64,000 nucleotides of DNA from Yuukianura sp. NJ FZ-2021 (Eukaryota), in the NCBI GenBank assembly GCA_046563655.1, contig CM102290.1, positions 10,540,001-10,604,000 on the forward strand, given 5' to 3'. This document shows, piece by piece, positions 27,080-39,400 of the stretch. Each line of letters begins with the position of its first letter. Position 1 is the first letter of the stretch. The notes beneath the pieces are model-generated. The model searched no databases. It was not told the DNA's origin and worked only from the letters and a program-made list of their open reading frames with translations. The translations under genes and the position numbers were made by a program.

Positions 27080-30000
27080 TTAGGAACTCTCCATCATGCT
27101 CTTCAAATTTTTCAGTCCACAACGGACATATCGGACGAGATCCAGTAACGAGCTATGCAGAGTAAGGGGACCGTACATCCTCTCGATCGAGATGAAGAAA
27201 TCTAAAAGAAAACAACATTCAAAATTAGTTCAATATTAAACCTATCCAATTTCTACCAACTTCAAAAAAATATAGTGTGTATTCAAAGAGAAAAACTCAC
27301 CTTGGACGTGAAATCGTTCGACGTAGTTGTCCGCTTCATTCCAGTGTTCGTGAGAAGTGATGAGTGTGCTGGAGGCGGCATAGAATTGAGAAATCTTTTG
27401 GTACAAATACTTGGGTATCACGACATGCTGCTGGCTAGTGACATGATGAGGCGAATGAATTGAAGAAGCAGTTCCACTGCCGACACTTGCTGGACCAGAT
27501 CCTGCTGGTGACAATACTGGGGACCGAGGGGACGGAGTACTGAGCACAGTCCGAGGACTATGCGTCACCGGGAGACCCAACTCTTGATGATGAGCGCCCT
27601 TGGAATCGAAGTATTCCATTAAGTTGTGTGAGAGATTGATGATCTCTGGCGCCTTCACTTTGTACAATTGCAGAGAAAGAAGTGATTGAATACGGAACCT
27701 AAAGTTAAAAAAAAAAGTTCCTCGATCAAAAATTCAAGAAGTTTTGTCTTTACTTTGCCTTAACGTCCAATACTAGCAGTGTTTTAGCTAATTCTTACGT
27801 GAGAACCAGAAGTTTCACTTCCTGGAGATCGTCGCCGAGGGTCCCAGAACGTGGTCTGACGGCAATTTGCCGGATGAGACCAAATGTTTGTTCGTACATG
27901 CCTTGAGCCTCATCAGCTGATCCGAACTTCTCGATCAGAATACCCGTCAGAATGAAAAAGAGAGAACTCTCCATATACGTAATTATCTGCGGTAGCCCTG
28001 GTTCCTCTTTATCAGCCTTGTGTTTCAGTGTCTTCGCCTGGTTCAAATAGTAGGATTGGTCTCTGCAACAACCAAAATAAACGTTTGGTAAAATAAGTTT
28101 CCAAAGCGCAAAGTTTTTCAGTGTATCCGCACTTCTTACCGAGAGAAGAAGTCTTCTTGTGGGTCTCCTTTTTCGAAGTAGCTCAAATACTGAGGCTGAG
28201 GAAGAGTAAGCGTCGGGGAGGAAGAATGAGTTGGATTCAAGGAAGAGTCTGGTGGATCCGGTGGTGTTTTGGCGGGAGTTGATCCAGGAGTGTAGGCAGT
28301 AATGACACTAGACATTTCGGTAGCAGAATTTTTCTCTGGTGGTATCTATAATATTCAAATAAGGTTAGGTTAACCACAAACGTTAATGGTAAAGAAAGAT
28401 CATTTCACAGAATTCTAATTCACTTACCTTGACTTCTACTTCAGCATCGTCTTTCAGTCGAGGTTTCTTGGACGATGAGTGAGAGTGACTCTTGCTCCGT
28501 TTGTGACTCTTACTAGAGCTGCTGGACGTCGAGTGGTCCTTCGATGTTGGCTTCGACAGTTGATCGTAACCACCACTCGATCGCTGAGATTTGCTAGGCA
28601 CAATATGAGTATCAGTCACGTCCTCTACGGAGCTACCAACTAGACTAGGCATGGAAACATTCGTCTTGTGCCTTATTTCTTCTTTTTTGTCATCCCTGCT
28701 GTGCTTTCCATCCTTTTGCGTCGTGATGGTAGTTGCAGAATTAGAAGCAGAGGATTCAGTCTTCTTTGGGGGTTTGACTCCTCGCGGGAGTACGTTGACT
28801 GGAATACGTACAACTAGTGACGACGGCGGCTTCGAGTCAGCTGTTTTGGAATCTCTCTTGCTGCTTCGAGAATCCTTGAGACTATGAGATAGCGGAGAGA
28901 GAGCACGGAGAGGTGGAGGCGGCGGCATTGACTTGGCCTCGCTCTTGCTAGTCTTGCTGGTGGCAGTCGACTTACCAGCAGATGTTGAACTCTTGGACGG
29001 CTTGGATGATGTTGTAGAAGCGGAAGTCTTTGGAGCGACTGCGTCAGTCTTGGCCTTATGCTTCGCTGATTCTTTCTGCTTCGCATGCTTGGAATCACTT
29101 GAAGGTTTTGCCTTTGGGCTGGTGGAAGCCTTTGTTTTTGAACTCTCACTGACCCGTCCTCCTTTGAGACTCTCTCGATCACTCTTCTTCGTCTTTGAGC
29201 TGGAGTGTTTGGACTTATTTGCCTTTTCAGAAGACGCTGCCGATGTATTTGTATTTGAAATTCCAGTTGTCTTTTGCAGAACCCCTTTCGCTGGACTAGC
29301 ACTTCGTTTAGACTTGGAATCACCCGTAGTAGGAGTAGGCATGTGACCCACCTTGTCCAGTTTCTCTGAATTACCCTTAACTTCTCCGTTAGCCCTGCCA
29401 GAGGATACAGCATTATTAGTTGAGATGTTTCCAGGACTTGAGTTTCTCTTCTTTCCGCTGTCTTTGGCTGAAACCCGATTAGACGTCGGAGACTTCCCAC
29501 GGTACTTTCCAGTCTTTTCATCTCTAGGATTAGCCGAAGTTACGCCACCATTCTTGTCCTTATCCTTCCCGCCTTTTCCACCTTCCTCGGCCTTCTCCTT
29601 CTTCGGTCTGAAGAACAGTTTTCCAATCATATCGTTCTTATTACGGTCCAAGGACTTGTTTTTCCCTTGCTTCTCTTCTGGTTTCAAGACAATTTTTTCT
29701 GGCACTGCTGGGGCTTGGTGTTGAGATGCTTGACTGCTACGACGAGGCTTCTTAGCTGGTGCTGCTTCAATTGTCGTTGTGGAAAGGCGTTTTGAGGTGG
29801 GTTTCCCCTTCGCAGCAACCTTTTCCGGCTCCTTCTCCTTTTCTTTGGTACTATGTGGCATTATTGTTGGTAACTCATCCTCGCTACTGCTTCCGCTGAG
29901 GGTAGGATCCTTGTGCGCGAGTAATGCTGGACTGGGTTTGACCGTGGGCGGAAGATTCATGATTGACTTGGATAGCACCGTTCCCTTCTCACCTGGACTC

Positions 30001-32565
30001 GTTCCCTTATGAGAAGCTGAAAATCAGAACAACAGATGATGTAAAACTAAGGCTGAATAACTGGACAAATAGTTGTGAAATATAAACAAACATATACCAG
30101 AATCTTTGCTTGCAGTTTTAGACTGCGGCACGCTTGGCTTGATGAATCCTGAAGATTTCGTTAAAGCTTTAGATGAATCGAGAATTATAGTATTTGGATT
30201 TGTAGGCAATTTAGCAAGTCCGGATGTAGAAGACGGGAGGTTGAATTCAGGTTTCAACACATCGGAAATAGAGTCCGAAATTTCCAACGTAATAATATTC
30301 TTATTCTTGGCTGGTTCCTGTTCAAAATACTGAGGTTAAATTGAACAAAAGATTGAAGTTACACGTTACAAAAAAGCAACTCCTCCAATTTCCTTCACAG
30401 TTGAAACAATCATACCAAGGACGAGGAAGAGGTTGAAGCCGCCTCAATGAGTGCATTCTCCTTGCGAATCCCACCAACAAATGATGACAAGCCCCAACTT
30501 TCTCGCTCAGTGGGCGATCGCTGCACACGACACAAATCAACCCCAGAATTTACGTTACGTGAGACACCATCATTTCATTCAAGCACACTAACAATTAGTG
30601 TATAATCACTGTCGTATAGTCTCATTCACATAAGTGGACGTACCGTTGGTTCAGGAGCGGTTTTCACAGGAGTCGTTGATGGCGTAGTTCTCTCACTACC
30701 GCTGCTTGAGTCGGAGTCTGAATCCGAGTCACTTGAATCGCTGCTGCTGGAACTAGAACTGGAATTCATACCCGTCGTTGACAAAGGAGACATGTTCATT
30801 TTTGTATCCTTGATCTCCCTATGTAAAAAACAGAACTTATTTAGTATCAGCTGATCTGACGTGTTACTAATCAAACATCGTTGCACCAAAGAGTACTTAC
30901 TCCAACATCTCAAATGCACGCTCATCACTTTTGGAAGACTAGAGAATACGTGAATAAACAATTAATTAAACTAGAACATAAGTAAACAACTACAATCGAG
31001 GTAGTCGCATCACAAAGAAAAGTTAAATAATGTTAATGTTAAAACTGACCCGTCGGGTTGCAACTTTCTTTGGCGAACTTTCTTTAGGAAGTATAGCAGC
31101 AAGAGGTGAGCGAACATCAGTCATTTCCTACGTTAGTCAAGTATTAGTATATCAAGTATAACTCAATGGATAGAAATAACATAATCAATCAGTCTGGTTA
31201 ATGTTAAGTACCCGAATGATGCTATCCAGTTCTAATCGACTATCGTTCTGGAAATAATAAAAATAATACTTACTTTAGTATCATGACGCCAAATCGTTAC
31301 TGATTACCGAAGAAATGGAGAAAAGTAAATAGACAGCTGAAACTTTCTTACTCTTTCCAGTGGTTTCTTGAACGTGTGCTGTTGAGCTGGTTTATCAATA
31401 CTTGCACTAGGAGCACCAGAAGAACCAATACTTCCCACTGATTTTACTTCACCTTTTACAGCTGTTCCGCTACTGACGTTGGTAGCCGAGCTTTGATTAG
31501 AGATATTAGCTGCCGAACTCGATTGGTTTTGGCTGAAGGTTGATTTTGCTGGTAGCTTGAACAAGTCCCCTCCTATGTCGCTGTTCGTTGTGGTCGTAGT
31601 GTTGAGGCTACTTGTGTTGACGAACGTAATTGGTAGAGTTAGATTATTCAACTTATTATTCTTACGCACCGGGGTTGAAGTTGGGAATGGGCTAAGAGGT
31701 GTAGGAATACTCCAACTGGTGTTGATGGTGTTTTGAATATGATTGAGGAGCGGTGTTTGTCCTGGACCAGGTACGTAGGTTAAGGATGGCGGAGTTGGCT
31801 GTGATGTGCCAAGTAGCGGGCCCTTTTGCGTTGATGAAGTATGACTTGCCGGAGGAATGTGCTTGAACAGACTCTGGTAGTCGGCTTTGGCCACAGAATT
31901 CGTGGTACTTGTGAAAGGTCGGTGCGGAATTGATCCCGCAAGAATATGAGACTTCTGCTGCGAACCTGTACTACTGGCCGTTGTAGTAACCGGTGGGCGA
32001 GGGTCCACACTTGTAGCTTGCTGGGTCTGACCACTCGAACTACTTGCAGCACCGCCACTCACCGAATTTACAGTCTGGTCTACACCAATGAGCCGACCTT
32101 GTAAGGCTCCATTCTTTTCTATAAGGAAGGGACGTGCACTGTCGTAACTTCCAAAAGTCTTTCTAATTTCAATACTAGTAGCGTCCTCAACAGAAGGCTT
32201 CACCTAGAATTCAAACCCAATTGCCAATTATTAAATCCAAAACAGCTTTATAGAGATACATACTTCAAGTTTTAAGTGCATACCTTTACAGGTGCATTGA
32301 ATAAATCTTGTATGTTTGGACTGAGACCTGCTTCATCGGATACCAGCATTTGGGCACGTTCCTGGCGCTGCCGCTCCCTCTGCAGATCTGTAAACAAAGA
32401 AAACTTTTAGCGGCGTCAAGCTTTCATTCGAGATCGTATATCCGACAATTAAATTCTCCAAATCAACATGATATAATTATTGTCAAATTAAGAAATCCAA
32501 TGCCACTTACCCCTTGCGGCCTGATTATTTGATAACCCATCATGCCGAGAAGGCTCCCGAAGCAT
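27080..32565 (-). CDS. lilli: AF4/FMR2 family member (lilliputian/AFF4), super elongation complex scaffold; 13 coding exons, 1378 aa
   Basis: Exons 32511-32565, 32284-32387, 31352-32203, 31212-31247, 31050-31127, 30901-30938, 30644-30818, 30098-30317, 28428-30016, 28140-28345, 27799-28062, 27301-27698 and 27080-27201. All are GT-AG and total 4137 nt in one open frame. AFF motifs: N-terminal DLQRERQRQER..LFNAPVKV..IRKTFGSYD; LDSIIREMT..SPLAAI; a Ser/Asp-rich tract; LVVRIP; C-terminal homology domain YLNQAKTLKHKADK, RIQSLLSLQLYK, FFISIERMYGPLTLHSSLLDLVRYVRCGL. Confidence 0.95.
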
Positions 32566-32567
32566 AG

Positions 32568-32663
32568 TTACTGACTACTTTCCGTTCCAGACGAATCAAA
32601 AGATGGCTGTCGTGATACTGCATTGAACATCAATTGATGTGGTATTGTAACGGATGAGCCCAT
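32568..32663 (-). promoter_or_regulatory. Upstream ORF (31 aa) in the AFF4/lilli 5' UTR
   Basis: The ATG at 32663 reads MGSSVTIPHQLMFNAVSRQPSFDSSGTESSQ then TAA. TAA is followed by CT and the main ATG (32565). Both lie in the same predicted exon (acceptor TTTTTCTGTAG near 32750). Confidence 0.6.
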
Positions 32664-35600
32664 CCAAATGTGTGCTCAATCCAATGGTTAAGGTCCGTGA
32701 ATCCAGTGATGGGAGAAATTCGTTTCGTTTCAAAGTGATTTGTAAATACTACAGAAAAATATCAAAACAAACCATTAAAATCTTTTGTCGGAATACATTT
32801 ACAAACTAAAACGGCTGCTCCTATTCAGAATTTTGTAAATAACGTACCTGACTGCTTAGACAAAATCGGAGTGATTTTAAGGCCTAGTGACGGAACACAA
32901 GTGATTTGCGACGACTTACTTCTAATTGAACTGCGAGTTTTAGTTAACTAAGATCGTTCTAACAACGGCGAGAGGTAACGTAACGACGATGATCCAGAGT
33001 ATGAACAAGTGAATGAAGGCTAGTAGGAAGATGGTGCACTCACTGTTTTTGAGAAGTTCATAATCAGAATCAGAAGTGAGAAACAGTTGACAGAGAACAC
33101 CATCGCGCCTGCGTCCCCTGCCAATTCTCTTCTTCCTCTGCACTAGGACGGCAACTTTGACAAATCCTATGAGGGGGTAATCGCGTCTATCTTAATAAGT
33201 TATTGCAATCAATAAACTACAAAACTTTCTCTTAAATAAAAAAAATTATCAGAAAAACATTTTAATAAAAAAAAAGCTAGGGCTTCATTTATTGTGAGGA
33301 ATCCAGAGGAGTTTTTTTTACTGATAGCTTAAAACATCGTCATCTGTTTGTTAACTTGTAATGCCGTCGATTCGTCCAAGTATTTCCAGTTTCCAGTACT
33401 TCTGTCTTCCAGTATTTACTCTACTAAACTACACACAGTATTAGATCTGAAATATTTCACTTTTCAATAAAAAATGAAAAAAAAGACATTAAATGAAATA
33501 AACCTTTTCAGCTTCTTTAATTTATTTCACTGATAAGTTGAAACATTCCACCGCAACATTTCAATTTCTTTCACTTTTTTTTTAATATGTTCAGTGAAAT
33601 GAAAAAGCATAGATAAAAATTTCAGCTAATTTCACTTTTTTTTTAAAAATTCTTTTCAATTTCTCAGTTTATTTCAATAATTTCAATTTTTTTCAGTGAA
33701 AAAAACATTTCAACACTAAAATTTATGCAGCACTGACAACACAACAAACTCTCTGTGACGATAACAAATGAGCATAAAACACCAGTAAAAAACCAAAAAA
33801 TATTATTACATTTTGCTGCATTTAAATTGTTCAGATATATTGCTTAACTTTTTAATAACATATTTTTATTAATTTCATTACGGAGGAAGATCGGAATTGT
33901 CCGATAGCTTTTAGTAAACAAACAAAGTCTTTGGCTAAATTTCAACCTTAGGAATTCGGTGCCGGTATGAAAATTATTCAAAAAACACAAACTTTTGTAG
34001 TCAACACCTTGTTTTTTTTTTAGCTTAGATCCAGTTTGTAGTTCGCTCTTAGCAGAATTTATTACATGGAATGGATCACCGAATTTACAGTTAGAAAAGT
34101 AAGAGTAACCCGGATGTCCCCCCATGTCCTGTGACTGAAGTACGGGCTAGATGGGAAGCTTGAATTCCAATAAACATGCTCTCTCTGATCTGAAGAACTC
34201 GTCTTCCTATACGCCAAAAGTGGAAGGAATTACCAAAATTACGAGTAAAAAACCAAGTTCCCCGGCCCTGGCACATTTCAGTTTCATTTGGTCTCGTTCT
34301 TTCCCACACTAAACGCAAAACTTACCGGAGGAAAACATAAAAACCAACTTGGTGGGTTGCGGTACGGCTCCAACGTTCTTGCGGACGCCATAGTGTAAAC
34401 ATTACGACTCTCAAGGATGTTAAAATTGTTATACTGGAATACTTAGGGAAATATGTGGTCTGCTATTGAACACCCTCCGTGCTAAATGCCATATTATAAT
34501 TACGTTACCCGATAAAACCTCAGCCTTACTTCAACAAAGTTGTGATTTATGCAATCTCCAGCAGCAGAATTGCAAATACAGTGACTGACTACATTGATGC
34601 AATCTCCCACTTAACTGTACTTTGTTAATCTTTTTCCTTCATTATTCGTTACATGGATTCAGTGAATTCAGCCATCATATCTCTTCTTCATTAAATTCAG
34701 ATCTCTTGATTTATTATTTCAACGTCTGCTGCATTAGCAACAACAAAAACTTGGTCGATTTGCCCCCACCATTTTTGGTTTAAAATAAGATCTAAAAAAG
34801 TATCAAAAAATTAGATCAATAATATTACTAATGCAACAAATTTAACTAGTTAATGATAAATGTATCACTCTGGCAGCGTAAAATGGCTTCATGGGATCTG
34901 GTAGCTCATAAGGTCATCCCTCCTTGACTTTGAAATTCTGGAACCTCTGTTATTTACAACGTTTCATTTAGTAAAGTACAGCAGGTTAAGAGTTTGTGTG
35001 ACAAAAATTAAAAGTGAATGGAAATGAGAACTCGTTTAAGGTTAGCGTGAATGTTAATGTAGATTTGTGGAATTAAATTAGTTTACAAGGTCAAATGAGC
35101 CGTGACCTTTGGAATACCTTGACCGCAGACTTTATAGATGAAGAGAAGCTTTGAAATAGAAATGAACTTGAACTTTTCAAATGATTTTTGAAACCCAGTG
35201 GCCATCTATGCGCCAACTATGGAAACTTTAACGAGAAACCCCCGCCACAAAAGCCGAAGCTTCTTTTGGCTTCTTGAGAGCCAGTCTTGGCCAGCACGAT
35301 AAAAATGGGTGTCACAATGTTTACTAATACACATGGTTGATTTTCGATTAATTTGTGTTAAATATATAGAATATCTAAAATATCTATATGATCCTACATA
35401 ATTTTAAATAAAAATAAAATCTTACAAGGTAAAAATAAAAATAAAACAAGTATATGTTGACATGTTCTTACAGCTTTACTTAGACCGAATTTGTTTGAAA
35501 GATTTTTTAGCCCAACACACCTTGTTGGAATGCATGTTTTTATACAAACAGTGTGTATTATTTTTAGTTGAAAATAATTTTATTTTGTTAACATAACAGA

Positions 35601-36443
35601 ACTGAACATGTAAAAGGTTAATTATAGAAGAATTTGGTTATTATAAGTAGTAGATTTTGTTTGATTCGTTTCGTTGAGTAATAGTTCCGAGAATTGAGGC
35701 AGAATTCGCCCCGCGCTGGATCGCTATGCTGTTTATGTTAATAGTATGTATGTCTAAAATATCAAAAAAAAATTATTCATAAATATAACCGGTAATATGA
35801 ACAATTAAATTTTATTATTTACTTATTTGGCACTGATGCCCTGCATACAGGCATTGCATTGTGGATAGGAATGGCTGTAATGTTTGGAATAGACAAAGTA
35901 CTTAGAGAACTATAGTTAGGTATAAACAATACTTGGGTCAACAAATAAATTTCAGTAAAACCAGACTGTACAAGATTGAATTAACTCAAATTATGAATTT
36001 TTTCTTTTTTCATCCGGAAGGAAACGGATTATAAGTAACAAAAACTGCGAAGAAGTTAACTATTTCATGTTTTTAATTTACTGCTCTACAGGGTATATTT
36101 TGATTTACTATTAACTAGTAGGTTGGACTTGTTTTATGTTCTATGCTAAAAAAAATAATGTAACAGCTGTTGATTAGAGGTAGTTCATCATCTTTACTAA
36201 ATTTGGCTGGCAGTCACAGACTGTCTGTTTTGCAGAGGAGAGAGGGAGATTTCTTCTCACTCTTCTCTGCTCTTCGCTTTAGTGCCACTCGGTTGGTGTA
36301 AAAAGCTAACGGAAACATCCGCAAGCAATTCACCCGCCCGCTTCGTCTCCCTAATTCTTCTTGTGTAAACTTTGTCCACTTCTAACGTGTCGCTGAACTT
36401 AATCGCTGACACCTTCAACAAACCAATTAATCGCTAATCGACC

Positions 36444-39400
36444 ATGGGGGACACCTTTAAAATTGGTGATCTTGTCTGGTAAGTAACTGTACACTTAAGC
36501 TAATTAGAGTAACTGTACTGAATATCATCTGTTCTTATGCTATTTCCTATAAGATTCCCTGTATAAAACATACCGTGCCTCTTTCCCACCTTCTAAGTTT
36601 AGGCGGCATAAATAGGACTCGTGTTTATGATGCGTCGCGCCGCCATTTTCAAGATTGTACTTCCGATTCTTCAAACGATTTCTCGAAACGGAAACTTCGG
36701 ATCAAAGAGTAATCAACGAAGATGTATGGACGTTCTTATCTACGTTAAGAAGAAATTAACGAATTTAATGATTCATCTATTTCTATTAAGCTCCTTCATT
36801 CTGTTCACCACGTCCACCACTACCCAAAATGGAAGGATAGTATGGCTGACAATGGACATTATTGTTGTTGCTAACGTTATTTAATGTTTTGGATGAATGT
36901 ATTGTCTATACGATGTTAGGATTAAGACGTAGTGAACATAGGGCAATGCCCAAAACTAAAGGTTATGTAGAATATATAGAGAGCATTGAAGTAAACTTGA
37001 TTTGTCATATTTCAGGGCTAGGATGAAGGGATTCCCACCATGGCCTGGCAAGGTGAGTAAACACTGAGTTGACAATTTTACGTTTGTGCCATTGTATTTT
37101 ACTCTATGAAGTTCTAATAGTGACTCATAACATTTTAGGTTTCAAATCCACCAAATCATCTGAAGAAGCCGAAAGGGGCCAAGCCGGTTCAATGTATTTT
37201 CTTCTTCGGTTCAAACAATTTCGCATGGATCGAAGACGCAAATGTCAAAACCTACGAGGAGAATAAGAGTGTATGCATAAAGGCGGCCAAGTCGATTGCG
37301 TTCAAGGAGGCATGTGCAGCAATTGAAGATTATAAAGCAAAACTACTCGCTGGGGAAGTTATAGACGATCTAGCTCTTGTTCCACCAGAAATGGACAATG
37401 ACACTGAAATGGAGATCAGTCCAGACTCTAACAAGGACAGCGAGAGTCCTGAGAAGGAAGTTGTCGAAAAGAAGGTTAGAAAATGAGTGTTCTGAGCAAT
37501 GACTGTGTATTATTACTGTGTAATACGGCTCCGTACTTCATCGGATTTTATAGTTAACATTGTCATTTGTATTGTAGCGCCGAGGAAGGAAGCCAGGCAA
37601 GAAATCGTCCGTAGAAGAGAACGGAGAGGGTGGCAAGGAAATAAAGAAAGACGATGCTGCAGCGCCAATTCGAAAACGTAAGCACAACGGAACTAAGGTG
37701 TCAGCGGATGTAAAGCCACCAGCAGCTTCTCCCTCAGCTGCTACATCTGCATCCACGTCCAATCACGTTCAGCGCAAATCTGCAGTGGCGAATTTCTTGG
37801 ATCGCCCTATCACCATCAACAAAACCGTAAGTTACTTTAACTTTCAACGTTAGTTTAGCTATCATGTATCAAGTTGCACGATTTTACACAAGTACCAAGG
37901 CGTTATACTGCAAATGGTATTTCTCTTTACAAGTTTTACAACTGTGATGGGTACGGTAGCTAACTCGTTTGTTTCTTTACCGCTATGTTATATTGATCAT
38001 CTTATTGTAATTGCCTTACCGCGTACTGCGACGTTTATTAGTCGGAATCAGCTGAGAATAGCATTAGTAAGTACTGATTGGCATAGTTGCGTTCCGACTT
38101 GGGAGCATGACGTTGAAGACTTGTAGCATGTAATGTTTATGTTTTATATGAAGGAATGTCAAACATATTTAGTCTACATGCCCGTAATGCTAACGAAAGA
38201 AATATTTACGGGGACTTAATTTCCGATTTATGATGCTATGATATCTTGCCGGGCGCTTTGATTCGGGGTTTGAATTTAATTTTGGTTCTACTTGTTTCAG
38301 ACCGATGCTCCACTCAATATATCTCATGTGAGTCAAACGCTGAAGGATAAAAAGATCACGCCTTCGCCTCTTCGCTTTGGCTTTCTCGGACTGGGAACTA
38401 TGGGATCTGGAATCGTAAAAAATCTTTTGAATTCCGGCCACAAAGTTACTGTTTGGAATCGGACCACTGACAAGGTAAGAGAAACCGTTTTCTTCAATTC
38501 ATTTGTACTTACGGTTGCGCGGTAACGAATTTCATCTTTTCATCCTCTATCCTCCACAACATCTCGTCACCAGCATTATTCCAATACAGGTTTTGGATAG
38601 GACGTTTAGTAAGGTGCGTTAATGCAAAACAATTTCATTTGACTTGACATCACGAAGAATATCTTTCCGCTTGTGCAGAATTCCTATTCTGTTTTCAAAC
38701 TTTGTAGCTTTTCGGTTTCATGGAGTTTTGGTTTGCATTTGAAAATCTAGGAGTCAACCCCAACTTCCTTTTTGGTGACACATTATGATTTATTCACGTT
38801 TATTTGCTTTGATTGTTTATAATAAGAGCAACTGGGGTGAAAATTATGCTCGATGACGCTCAAAAGTGTAAAGGGAAGTTGAAATGAATAACGAATATTG
38901 TACTTTTGACTAATCTCGATGCTCGATCAAACAAAAGTTCGTTTTCAACGTTAAAGTTTCTACTAAACATGTAGTTGTAAGAATAATTACTAAAAACATG
39001 CAAGAAAAAACTCTTGAAACTATTAACTACAATAGAATTGAAGGCGGGTTTACACAATAGGGTGTATATTAGCCGCGAATTCGGTTTCTTTTTCGGTATC
39101 TTCTGGATCAATTGTTGTCGGTTTCTCACAACTGTCTCCATGACCTTCACTATCTTCAGTCGAAATTGTGTCTTTTGAGGATGGGATGATAAGGGTGACA
39201 TGGTCTGGTGTTATATTTGGATTGGAGTTATGATTAGGGCTGGGGTCAAGGTCAACGAAGGGAACAAGCTCCTGTGCTGTCTCCATATCGACGCACAGGT
39301 CACCTCCATCTAACTCTTCACGCATTTCGAGTAATTCGTCCAAGTAGATTGACTCTGTTCGTCCACAGGCTCCTACCCCTCGACATGCGTCGAAATTTAG

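Noticed and set aside
28651..30333. Several plus-strand ORFs and an alternative-frame minus ORF (28814-29521) overlapping the large AFF4 exons
   Set aside because: These are shadow ORFs produced by the Ser/Lys-rich codon bias of the real exon; they show no independent motifs or splice support.
30415..30515. Plus-strand resemblance to U3 snoRNA boxes (GAGGAAGA, TGAAGCC, ATGATGA)
   Set aside because: There is no A/A' box, the terminal D box reads CTCA rather than CTGA, and the predicted G-U pairs favour the opposite strand.
33844..34392. Overlapping short minus-strand ORFs between AFF4 and GLYR1, including DPFHVI (faintly transposase-like)
   Set aside because: They are frameshifted and short, with no DDE context or TIRs. 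A pseudogene fragment cannot be excluded without a tBLASTx search.
37827..38300. Intron-embedded RNase P or MRP RNA (known for arthropod RPR), here or in the AFF4 intron
   Set aside because: I found no correctly spaced CR-I/CR-V pair able to form the P4 helix.
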